DNA from: an uncultured Gammaproteobacteria bacterium
GTDB lineage: Bacteria > Pseudomonadota > Gammaproteobacteria > DRLM01
NCBI GenBank assembly: GCA_963729605.1
Contig: CAVSNY010000007.1
Coordinates: 928,001-992,000, forward strand
Direction of reading: 5' to 3'
DNA: 64,000 bases
Shown here: one piece after another, positions 11,086 through 20,300 of the stretch
Layout: each line of letters opens with the position of its first letter
Numbering within the stretch: the stretch's first letter is position 1
The notes under the pieces: model-generated
Database searches by the model: none
The model's input: the letters and a program-made list of their open reading frames with translations, nothing else
What the model was told of the DNA's origin: nothing
Program-made: the position numbers and the translations under genes

Positions 11086-11517
11086 GGGCTATGGCTCGCA
11101 GGAGCCTTGTCATATCATCTGCACGGACATTGCCGGATGCTTGCTCAGCTACGCCGAGACCCGCAACCGCCTTGCTCTTATGTGGCTCCTAGCCTGCCAG
11201 AGCAGGACTGCCCGATGGGCTGGTCCAGAAGCCAAAATCCTTGTCCGATATAGACTTAGGTGTTGTGCCTGTCAGCAGAGAGTTCTTGACAGGCGACATT
11301 TTTTATTCCTTCCCTTTTTCTATTCTTCTTTATCTATTCTTCGATTGCTCTTCGCCGACATCACCAATGGCCTGAGCGTACTAAAACCGGATTCACCCGA
11401 CCGGATTCGGCGTGCCTGCTAGTTGCGGTTGTATAGATCGACATCCGGTTTCAAGGCGGCCGATCTGATTGAGTCCAGAATGAATTACGGGTAAGTTGAG
11501 CGGACCCTCGGGCTAGG

Positions 11518-12210
11518 ATGTTCCGCATGAAGACCCAAGCTTTGGATTACCTGCTTTCCGCCGCCTTGATCGGCGTGCTTTGCCTGCTGGATTATGTACT
11601 GGTCGGCTGGGGGTTGCGGCCGATCACCGAGCGGGTGTTTGGTGCCTATCACATCCTGGTCGATGGTCTGCTCCTGTTGCTGGGCTACGGCTTGCTGGCG
11701 GTGTTATGCGCGCGCCTCATGCTGCGCCTGCGCCCTTTTACCCCCGCCACCTATTCCATGGACGACACGATGTTCACCTGGTGGAAGCTTTACACCGTCA
11801 ATTATGAATTCGGCCGCGGCGCCTTGTTACCCTACACGACGGTTTTCGCCCGGCCGCTGGTAGCCGTGTTATTCGGCGCCCGTATCGGCCGCGATATCGC
11901 GCTCGGCGGCCGCTTGGTGGACCCCGAACTCATCACCATCGGGGAAGAAGCCATCATCGGCCAGGATTCGGTGATTACCGCCCATGCCATCATCAGCGGC
12001 GCCCTCATTCTACGCCCGGTGAATATCGCGGCGCGCGCCACCATCGGCGTCAACGCCGTGATCATGCCCGGTGTGGACGTAGGTGCGGGTTCCATCGTCA
12101 CGGCGGGCGCGGTGGTGACCATGGATACCAAGATTCCGCCCGGCGAACTGTGGGGTGGGATTCCGGCGCGTAAGATTAAAGATGTGGATGCGGGCACGGT
12201 GCGCGGTTGA
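11518..12210 (+). CDS. Membrane-anchored hexapeptide-repeat (left-handed beta-helix) acyltransferase
   Basis: Two N-terminal hydrophobic segments, then LFGARIGRDI, ITIGEEAIIG, IGVNAVIMPGVDVGAGSIV, WGGIPARKI. Confidence 0.85.
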   Translation: MFRMKTQALDYLLSAALIGVLCLLDYVLVGWGLRPITERVFGAYHILVDGLLLLLGYGLLAVLCARLMLRLRPFTPATYSMDDTMFTWWKLYTVNYEFGRGALLPYTTVFARPLVAVLFGARIGRDIALGGRLVDPELITIGEEAIIGQDSVITAHAIISGALILRPVNIAARATIGVNAVIMPGVDVGAGSIVTAGAVVTMDTKIPPGELWGGIPARKIKDVDAGTVRG

Positions 12211-12445
12211 GTTTAAATTCCGCGGCTGTTTATCGACCGTAACCATGCAGATGTGCTTAAGCGTCTAGGTGAGAGCCGTGCCACCTTGAGCGTTGGAGTT
12301 TCCAAAGAAGGATTTTGAGATCGTTCACCAAATACTGCCTTATGAACGCGCTAATTCATTGAGATAACTCCCCGGCTCTATCCAGAACTCATCAGAGTTT
12401 GGCCTGTAAAGTTTGCCCTGTGCGGCGGTCGTTGTTTGTGATTTA

Positions 12446-12617
12446 TCCCCTCCTTGTCCCAAGGAGGGGTGGCCCGCAGGGCCGGGGTGGTTTGCTCTTT
12501 AGCCAAGAGAGTCGGCTGCGAAAGGGATGGGTGGTGTGATGAAAGGGGCGAGGGCCGGTGATTTCTGAATCGCACCACCTACCCCCTTCGGGGGCACCCC
12601 TCCTCAAGGGGAGGGGA
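12446..12617. repeat. Inverted pair of REP-like palindromic repeats (REPIN-like)
   Basis: 12446-12492 (CCCCTCCTTG..CAAGGAGGGGTGG...GGGGTGGTT) and 12574-12617 are the same family in opposite orientation. Related copies occur at 22814 and 28045. Confidence 0.75.
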
Positions 12618-12784
12618 GAGTCATCGGTGCAACCGGCGGTGATGAAGCGGCCTGTATTTTAAAGCGCCTTTGAGGCGCTCATCCTACTAAGCTTCCGGTT
12701 TTGCCGATAACTTGATTCATTGCGCGCCGCGCTGATGTTTTCTCGCTACCCATGGTGTGTTTCGGTGATGCGGCCGGCGATCAA

Positions 12785-14023
12785 TCAATCCGCTATCACC
12801 TCTTGCACTATTTCCGCGAACCGCCGCGGCGCTGAATAATGCCCGCTGGTTTCGGCCATGGCCGCGGTGCGCTGGTTAAGGGCTGCATCCGTCAGCATGG
12901 CGCGGACCGCGTTTCGCAGCGAGGAGGGGCGCAGATGTTCACTGCGCAGGATGCGTCCTACCCTGGCCTTTTCCAGCGCGGCCATATTCAAATGCTGATC
13001 TAAATTGGCGGGGATGCCGAGCACGGGCACACCCGCCAGCAAGGCCTGCTGACTGGTGGGGCTGCCGCCGTTGCAGATCACCAGTTTGGCGCGCCGCGCG
13101 GCGTCGCCGCCGGGCAGATAATCCGCGATATAGGCATTGCCGGGTATCTCGTCCGTCATTTTCTGGCCCGCGCCGGCGGCGATGACCGTGACGGGCTCCC
13201 CCGCCAGCGCGGCGAGGATGCGCGGCAACAAGCCCGCGTTTCCGGAGCTGCCCAGGGTTACGTAGAGACAGGGTTTGTCGTTCGGCAAGGTGTCCCACCA
13301 GGTCGGCAAGGGGAGGGTCGGCGACCATAATACGGGACCCAAAAAACGGTGGGTGTCCGGTAGTGTTGATAAAGGAAACAGTTCGGGCGGATCGGCATAC
13401 AAGGTGTAATCGGCGTCGGTGTAGACACGCCGCAGATCACCGCCCAGGCTCGCCAGGCCGAATTCGCGCCGCACCTGATTGAGGGGGCGGCTGTGGAGGG
13501 CGAAGGCCAGCGGGCGGACCAGATTGAAAAGCAATTGCGCCGCCGTCACGCCGAGCAATCGGGTCAGGGGTAATTCGGGCACCGGATAGTGTTGTGCCCG
13601 GTACGGACTCCAATACGCGTTGCTGATGGTGAGGTAAGGAATGCCGGCCAGCCGCGCACTGATGGAGAGGGAGAGGCGGAAGTCGCCCACCACGACATCC
13701 GGTCGCAGTTCATGCAAAAGGCGTAAATCTTCTTCCACATAGGCCCGCAAGGTGGCGGTGTCGTATAAGACGCGGCCGCCGGCCAACGCGGCTTTGAAGC
13801 GCGCGGGCGAGAGTGAATGCAGGGTGTGGCGTTGGAGAGAAGTTTGGCCGATGAGAGACGCGTAACTCTCGGCGCAAGCCAGATGAATTTCGTAATGTTG
13901 GGTATCGAGTCCCGCCGCCAAGGCCAGGGGGCGGGCGACATGGGCGAGCGTCACCGCCTCGGCCAGGAACAATATCCGTCGGCGCGACGGTAGGCTGTCC
14001 TGGCCGGGCGCTGGCGCGCTCAT
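12785..14023 (-). CDS. GT-B fold, GT1/GT28-like glycosyltransferase (UDP-glycosyltransferase YjiC/MGT type)
   Basis: ILFLAEAVTLAHVAR, PDVVVGDFR, LYVTLGSSG, VICNGGSPT...AGVPVLGIP..DQ; starts 6 nt after the prsT stop. Confidence 0.85.
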   Translation of the reverse strand: MSAPAPGQDSLPSRRRILFLAEAVTLAHVARPLALAAGLDTQHYEIHLACAESYASLIGQTSLQRHTLHSLSPARFKAALAGGRVLYDTATLRAYVEEDLRLLHELRPDVVVGDFRLSLSISARLAGIPYLTISNAYWSPYRAQHYPVPELPLTRLLGVTAAQLLFNLVRPLAFALHSRPLNQVRREFGLASLGGDLRRVYTDADYTLYADPPELFPLSTLPDTHRFLGPVLWSPTLPLPTWWDTLPNDKPCLYVTLGSSGNAGLLPRILAALAGEPVTVIAAGAGQKMTDEIPGNAYIADYLPGGDAARRAKLVICNGGSPTSQQALLAGVPVLGIPANLDQHLNMAALEKARVGRILRSEHLRPSSLRNAVRAMLTDAALNQRTAAMAETSGHYSAPRRFAEIVQEVIAD

Positions 14024-14029
14024 GAAAAG

Positions 14030-16813
14030 TTAGCGGGCGGCCAGCTTGTCCAGCAGGGCCTGCGCTTCTTTCCGTTGAGGAAACGTCTGTTTTTGCGCCA
14101 AGGCCTTTTTCAATACGTCGCGGGCCTGTTCCGTCTGCTGCATGCCAACCAGGGCCTGGGCGTAGTGATAGGCGATACCCGCATCCTTGGGGGATTTTTT
14201 GTACGCCTGCTCGAGTGCCCGGATGGCGCGCTCAGGTTTGTTTTGGACCAAGAGCACCACGCCTTGGGTATCCAGTACAGTCGCTGATTCGGGCGCCAAC
14301 TCCACGGCCTGCTCCGCGTATTTGAGCGCGCGCGCCGGGTCTTTTTCACGGAGTAGCCACGCCAAATTGTTGAGGGAAGGGAGGTGCTTGGGGTTGAGCT
14401 TGATCACCTGTTCCATGCTGCGCACCGCGTCGGCTTCGCGTCCGGCCAATAAATAGAATTTGGCCTGCGTGTCGATGACCATGAGGTCGTCCGGATGTTT
14501 CTCCAGCCAAGTCTCGATGCTGCGCAGGCCGCCGTCCTTGTCGCCCGCCTGCCATTGCGCCATCGCCAATTGGGTGACGGTGAGGTTGTCGGGGGCCTTG
14601 GCCAAGGCCGCGCGCAAGGCGCGCACGGCGTCATCGGCGCGGTTTTCGCGCAAGGCGATGGCGGCTTCGGTAACTAAAACCTGGGGATGGTCCACATGGG
14701 ATTTTTTAAGTTGGGCGAGCGACTGCTTCGCGGCGGCCAATTGATCGTTGCCTATTTGTATTTGCACCTTGAGCAGTTGCGCGAGAAGGAAATTTTTATC
14801 CAATTTGAGGGCGATGTTGAGTTGTTCATCCGCCTTGCGTGTATTGCCGGTGCCGAGCAGGGCCCGCGCCAACAGGTAGTGGTTGGCGGGCAGTGATTGG
14901 CGTTGGGTCAGTTTGGTGAGGGTCGCGACGGCATTATTGGCATCGCCCAATGCCAGTTGCGCCTCGCCGAGCAGGGCGAGCGCGGTCGGTTCCGGTTCAG
15001 GCACTTCGGTGGCGGGACGGATCGTCTCCAAGGCCTGGGTGGCTTGACCGCGGCTGAGGTAAAAACGGCTCAAGGCCACCCGCGTGGTGACCAGTTTGGG
15101 GTTGGCTTCCAGCGCCTTTTTCAAACGCGCCTCGGCTTGGGCGGGTTGGTTCGCGATCAGGTCCAGATCGGCCAGTTTGGCGATGCTCAAGACATGATCG
15201 GGGTGTTTAGCCAGCACGCCTTCATACAGCTTGCGCGCTTGAGCGAGGTCTTTCGCCGCCAGCGCCAAGTCGGCCAGATTATGAGAGGCGGCCGGATCGC
15301 CGGGCGCCTTGGCGACCGCTTCTTCCCAGGCCTTGCGCGCGGCGGCTTCATTGCCTTTGGCGCGTTGGATTACGCCGATGATGTTGAGCGGCGCGGGGTT
15401 GTCGGCCATGGTCGCGCGCAGACGTTCCGCCACCTTGAGCGCCTCGTCGTATTTATGTTCGGAGAGATAGAACAAGGCCAGGGTGACTTGCGTCTGTTGC
15501 AACTCGGGTTTGAGTTGGATGGCCGATTCCAACTCCGCCACGCCGGCATTTTCCTCGCCTTGCACCAGCAGGCCTAAACCCAGCTGAGCCTTGATATCGG
15601 CTGAATCGGGTTGGATCTCGGTGGCCTTACGCAGATATTGCACGGCCTTTTGCGTGTCGCCGCTGGCCATCAGGGCGGAAGCCATCAGGCTCAGGCTGGT
15701 GTAATCCTCCGGCTGCCGGGCCAGTATGGTCGCCAGTTGTCTCTGGGCGAGGTCGGGTTGATTGTTGCGCAAGGCGATAATCGCGAGTAATTGGCGCGCC
15801 CGCATGTCGCCGGGCGCCGCGGTCACATAGGGCTGCAACTGTTCCAACGCCGAGGCGTCTTGCCCGCTCAAGTAATGAGTTACGCCTAGGTAAAATTTGG
15901 CGGGCAGGTATTGGGCGTCCAGCTTGAGGGCGTTCTGGAATTGCAGCGCCGCCTCGTTAAGGCGGTTTTTTTGTAATTCCAGCAGGCCTTGCGCGTAGGC
16001 CACCCCGGTGACATAGGCCGACCAGGGTTTGAGTCGGTCGATGTCTTTTTGCGCCTCCGGGTATTTTTTGAGCGCGATGCGCACCAGGGCGCGCCGCAAC
16101 AGGTCATGCCCTTTATTGGCCCTGGCCGCGATGGCTTTGCCGTAAGCCTCTTCCGCTTTTTCCAAGTTGCCGCTCTGGCGTTCAAGATCGCCCAGCAAAC
16201 TCCAGGCCGGCGCCGCGTCTTTATCGGCGGCGAAGGCCTCGGCCAGCCAGCGTCGGGCCTCTTCGTCCTGACCTTGAAAGGCGGCTAATTGGGCCTTGCC
16301 CGCCAAGGCCTCGACCGTTTTATTGTCCAGCGCCAGGGCTTCATCGTAGGCGGCCTGGGTGGCGTCCAGTTTCCCCAAACCCAGCTGCGCGTGGCCCCGC
16401 AGGGCGGCCAACTCCGCGCGTTGAGCGGTGCTGGCGGTGCCCGGTTGCGGCAGATCGAGCAATTCTTGAAATTTGTTCTGCAATAATTTCGATCGGGCTA
16501 CCAGGGTGGTCCATCCGCCGCCGCTGACCCCCAGTTCCTGCGCACGCTGCAGTTCCTTCTCCGCCGCCGCGCCGTTGCCGACATCCACGTACAAAGTACC
16601 CAGCAGCAGGCGCGCCTCGGCATTGTCCGGCGCCTGTTGCAAGGCGTTCTTGGCTTCGATGATCGCCGCTTGCAAGTTCTCTTTTTCTTGTAAGTCTTTG
16701 GCGCGCGCCAAGTGTTCTTGCGGAGTAAGAGTCGCTTTTCCGCAAGAAATAATGAGGGGAAATAACAGCGCGAGAACCAAGCCGCGGATAACCGCGAGGG
16801 ATGACAGGGACAT
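14030..16813 (-). CDS. prsT: PEP-CTERM system TPR-repeat lipoprotein PrsT
   Basis: Lipobox IISC, AAIIEAKNALQQAPDNAEARLLLG...AAEKELQRA, TPRs throughout, LNNLAWLL, LDTQG; 927 aa next to an XrtA locus. Confidence 0.9.
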   Translation of the reverse strand: MSLSSLAVIRGLVLALLFPLIISCGKATLTPQEHLARAKDLQEKENLQAAIIEAKNALQQAPDNAEARLLLGTLYVDVGNGAAAEKELQRAQELGVSGGGWTTLVARSKLLQNKFQELLDLPQPGTASTAQRAELAALRGHAQLGLGKLDATQAAYDEALALDNKTVEALAGKAQLAAFQGQDEEARRWLAEAFAADKDAAPAWSLLGDLERQSGNLEKAEEAYGKAIAARANKGHDLLRRALVRIALKKYPEAQKDIDRLKPWSAYVTGVAYAQGLLELQKNRLNEAALQFQNALKLDAQYLPAKFYLGVTHYLSGQDASALEQLQPYVTAAPGDMRARQLLAIIALRNNQPDLAQRQLATILARQPEDYTSLSLMASALMASGDTQKAVQYLRKATEIQPDSADIKAQLGLGLLVQGEENAGVAELESAIQLKPELQQTQVTLALFYLSEHKYDEALKVAERLRATMADNPAPLNIIGVIQRAKGNEAAARKAWEEAVAKAPGDPAASHNLADLALAAKDLAQARKLYEGVLAKHPDHVLSIAKLADLDLIANQPAQAEARLKKALEANPKLVTTRVALSRFYLSRGQATQALETIRPATEVPEPEPTALALLGEAQLALGDANNAVATLTKLTQRQSLPANHYLLARALLGTGNTRKADEQLNIALKLDKNFLLAQLLKVQIQIGNDQLAAAKQSLAQLKKSHVDHPQVLVTEAAIALRENRADDAVRALRAALAKAPDNLTVTQLAMAQWQAGDKDGGLRSIETWLEKHPDDLMVIDTQAKFYLLAGREADAVRSMEQVIKLNPKHLPSLNNLAWLLREKDPARALKYAEQAVELAPESATVLDTQGVVLLVQNKPERAIRALEQAYKKSPKDAGIAYHYAQALVGMQQTEQARDVLKKALAQKQTFPQRKEAQALLDKLAAR

Positions 16814-17137
16814 GGATGACCTCGGTTGTTGCCATGGTAATTACGGGCGACCGCGGCGAATGACGCGCCGGCCAGCGTAATTTAAGAGGCCCATAGTACT
16901 TCATCATCACGACGGCGACCAAGTTTTGGCTAAGCGGTGAAAAAACGTCTTCGTGTCGTCGATGCGCCATCGAGGCCGGTGATGTATCCGGTGTTATCGG
17001 ACAAGGAAGGCGGTAACAAGGGGTCTTAAATTTTGAGAGTCGTAAATCCGCTTCGCTCACTGGCTGGGCAACAACTTGAGGTTGTTCGACGCTAGGTTAA
17101 AACGGCTAGGCGAGGTTACAAATCCTCTGGGCCGGGC

Positions 17138-17154
17138 TGTCGGTAATTTTTACA
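17138..17154 (+). promoter_or_regulatory. Putative enhancer (UAS) for a sigma-54 activator, PrsR-type
   Basis: TGTCGGTAATTTTTACA (TGT-N11-ACA ending TTTACA), ~63 nt upstream of the sigma-54 site with an AT-rich spacer between. Confidence 0.65.
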
Positions 17155-17217
17155 AATCTATATTATTAATCTGTCTTGTAACAATTAAACTAATGTTAAT
17201 AAAAATTTTTTTTGGCA

Positions 17218-17233
17218 TGGCAAGTGAATTGCA
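17218..17233 (+). promoter_or_regulatory. Sigma-54 (-24/-12) promoter
   Basis: TGGCAAGTGAATTGCA = TGGCA-N6-TTGCA, exact GG-N10-GC spacing, ~90 nt upstream of the ATG at 17326. Confidence 0.8.
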
Positions 17234-17325
17234 CATGGACGCCTAATCCCATCAGTTCTGAATTAAATCAGCTTCAACAACAGGCAGTCATGTCTCGTTC
17301 CAGGAATCAAGAAGGAAAAATCTCT

Positions 17326-20300
17326 ATGAACCTCAAACGTCTCCTTCGCGCCGGTTTGATGGCGTGCGGTCTGGGGAGTCTGGCGATCCCCGCCCAGGCT
17401 GACACCATTCAATTCGATCCCGATGGTCCCGGTCCCCGCGCGGTGCTGACGGTCGAGGCCTTTGATCTGGATCCCAGCAACGAGTTGTGGGATCAGGGCC
17501 GGTTGGCCATAGGCAACGGGGGCGGGAGTTTTTCTAATTATATACAGACGCGGCTGACCAGCCTGATTGGCGTGGGCGGTTCCTCCATCCCGTCGTTGAC
17601 GTCGGGTCTCAGCCTGACTCATGAAGTGACCCTGGTAATGGGTTTTGGCAACCGGGTGACCGGGGTAGGCAATCTGGGCACCTCCACGCTGGTCAACTTG
17701 AGTTTCGATAATACGGTTGCGAACAATTACGTGGAGTTTTGGCAGGGATCGGCGCTGGACGCCATTCCCTTGGCGGGCACCGGTTTTAATAACGGCACCC
17801 GTATCCTGCGCGGTACGGTGATCAGCAGTCTAGGTTTTTTGCAGATCAGTAATGCGGCCCCAGTGGCCTTCGATCAGACGGGGGACGGCAACCAATATCC
17901 CGGCCAGCAAACCCTGCAAACGATCGGTAACACCTCTTCTTTCCAGATCCGGGTGGACAGTGTCGATCCGCTCTATTTCCCCGACCTCAATCCGGGCGAC
18001 ATCATCACTGTTTCGAACGCGTCTCAACAATTGCCTTTTCTATCAGTGAATCCTTCTCAGAGATTCGTCTCCCTGCCCGGCGGCGCGGCGCCTGCCCTGA
18101 TTCCGGCGCTGGGCACCGTGAACGGCCAGAACGGCGACGATATCCAGTTGCAGACCGACTTCAACATGACCTTCACCCGCCAGGCGCAACCCGCCGCCGC
18201 CTTGGGTGACTACGTATGGGAAGACAAAAACGGTAACGGCGTGCAAGAAGTCGGCGAGCCGGGTATCGATGGCGTGAGCGCGTTCCTGTACACCTGCGGC
18301 GCGGACGGCATGGTGGGAACGGGTGACGACGTCTTCGTAAATTCCACCAGCACCGACATCAACGGAAAATACTTGTTTCCCAATCTGCTCCCCGGCAGTT
18401 ATTACGTCGAATTCGATAAGCCGTTAGGTTTCGAATTCACGCTTAAAGATCAAGGCTCGGATGCCGCCGACAGCGACGCCGATCCGGCCACCGGCCGCAG
18501 CCATTGCGTCACCTTGGCGGCGGGCGAGACCAATCTGACGGTGGACGCGGGCGTGTATCGACCCGCTGCTTTGGGCGATTTCGTGTGGAACGACCTCGAC
18601 CGCGACGGTTTCCAAGACGTCGGCGAGCCGGGCATCCCCAACGTCAAGGTCGAACTTCTGGACTGCGCCGGCGTATTGGTGCCGGGCGTATTGCCCCTGT
18701 TCACCGACGCCAATGGCCTCTATCACTTCACCAATCTGGCGCCCGGCGGCTACCGGGTGCGTTTCACCGGGCCTGTGGGCTACCAATTCAGCCCGATCGA
18801 CAATGTGCCGGGTAACGACATTGCCGACAGCGACGCCGACAGTAACGGTTTGACCGTGGCCTGTACGGTACTGCAATCGGGTGACGACGATCGCACCATT
18901 GACGCCGGTCTCAATCAGCCCGCGACCGCCCAGTTGGGTGACTACGTGTGGGAAGACCTGGACGCCAACGGCCTGCAGAACGACGGTAATACCGGCGTGC
19001 CCAACGTCAACGTCAAGCTGTTCGTGTGCGGCGCGGACCCCAACGGTGCGCCCTTGGCGAGCATGCTGACCGACGCCGACGGCAAATACCTGTTCACCAA
19101 CTTGGATGCGGGCAGCTATTTCGTCCGCTTCACCGCCCCCGCGGGTTATCAATTCACCACCGCCAACGTCGGCGGCGACGATGCCCTCGACAGCGACGCC
19201 AACCCGGCGACCGGCATCACGTCTCCCTGCGTGATTTTGGCGGCGGGCGGCAGCAACCTGACCGTGGACGCGGGCATTTACCGCAAAGCCGCTTTGGGTG
19301 ACTTCGTGTGGAATGACCTCGACCGCGACGGTTTCCAAGACGCCGGCGAGCCGGGTATTCCCAACGTCAAGGTGGAACTGCTGGACTGCGACGGCGTATT
19401 GGTGCCGGGCGTATTGCCCCAGTTCACCAACGCCAGCGGCCTCTATCACTTCACCAACCTGTTGCCGGGCGGCTATAAAGTCCGCTTCACGGCGCCGGCG
19501 GGATATCAGTTCAGCCCGCTCGACAACGTGCCTGGCAATGACGTGGCCGACAGCGACGCCGACAGCAACGGTTTGACCGTGGCCTGTACGGTCCTGCAAT
19601 CGGGCGACGACAATCTCACCATTGACGCCGGGCTCAACCAGCCCGCGACCGCCCAGTTGGGCGACTATGTGTGGGAAGACGTGGACGCCAACGGCCTGCA
19701 GAACGACGGCAGTACCGGCGTACCCAACGTCACCGCCAACCTGTACGTCTGCGGTAGTAATCCGAACGGTGCGCCGCTGGCCAGCATGGTCACCGACGCC
19801 AACGGCAAATACCTGTTCACCAATCTGGAGGCAGGCAGCTACTTCGTCCGCTTCGATCTGTCGACGGCGGCCGGCGGCTTCCAATTCACCACGGCCAACG
19901 TCGGCGTCAACGATGCCCTCGACAGCGATGCCAATGTGCTGACCGGCGTGACCTCACCCTGCGTCACCTTGGCCGCGGGTGAGAGCAACCTGACGGTGGA
20001 CGCGGGCGTTTATCGCCCGGCCTCTTTGGGTGACTTCGTGTGGAACGACCTCAACCGCAATGGTGCGCAGAATAGCGGCGAGCCGGGTGTACCCAACGTG
20101 ACGGTGCGCCTGCTCGATTGCGCCGGCAATGTGCTGGACTCGACGGTGACCGACGCCAACGGGATTTACGGCTTCACCGGGCTGATGCCGGGTCAATACA
20201 TGATACAGTTCGTCAACCCCAACCCGGCGGTGTGGACCTTCAGTCCGAAGGACGCGGCGGCCAACGCCATCGACAGCGATGCCGATCTTGTTACGGGTCG

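Larger units (their letters stand above)
1..11306 (+). mobile_element. Right arm of a Tn4371-family ICE (conjugation module); left part lies outside the window, right boundary approximate
   Basis: Gene order traG-RHH-trbB-C-D-E-J-L-F-G-I-DUF2274 is the Tn4371-type backbone. Composition turns visibly more AT-rich after ~11.1-11.3 kb. Confidence 0.85.

Noticed and set aside
10832-11422. 196-aa ORF crossing the ICE end
   Set aside because: It overlaps DUF2274, the terminator and the AT-rich junction, and has no recognisable motifs.
14966-15004. VPEPEPTALALLG in PrsT resembling a PEP-CTERM motif
   Set aside because: It is internal to a TPR array ~300 aa from the C-terminus and is not followed by a TM helix and basic tail.
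17212-17325. Upstream start for the 1276-aa ORF
   Set aside because: It overlaps the sigma-54 promoter. The ATG at 17326 has an RBS and gives a clean signal peptide.
18424-19884. Long antisense ORFs (this one and many others in the ORF track)
   Set aside because: These are shadow ORFs expected in high-GC DNA opposite well-supported genes.
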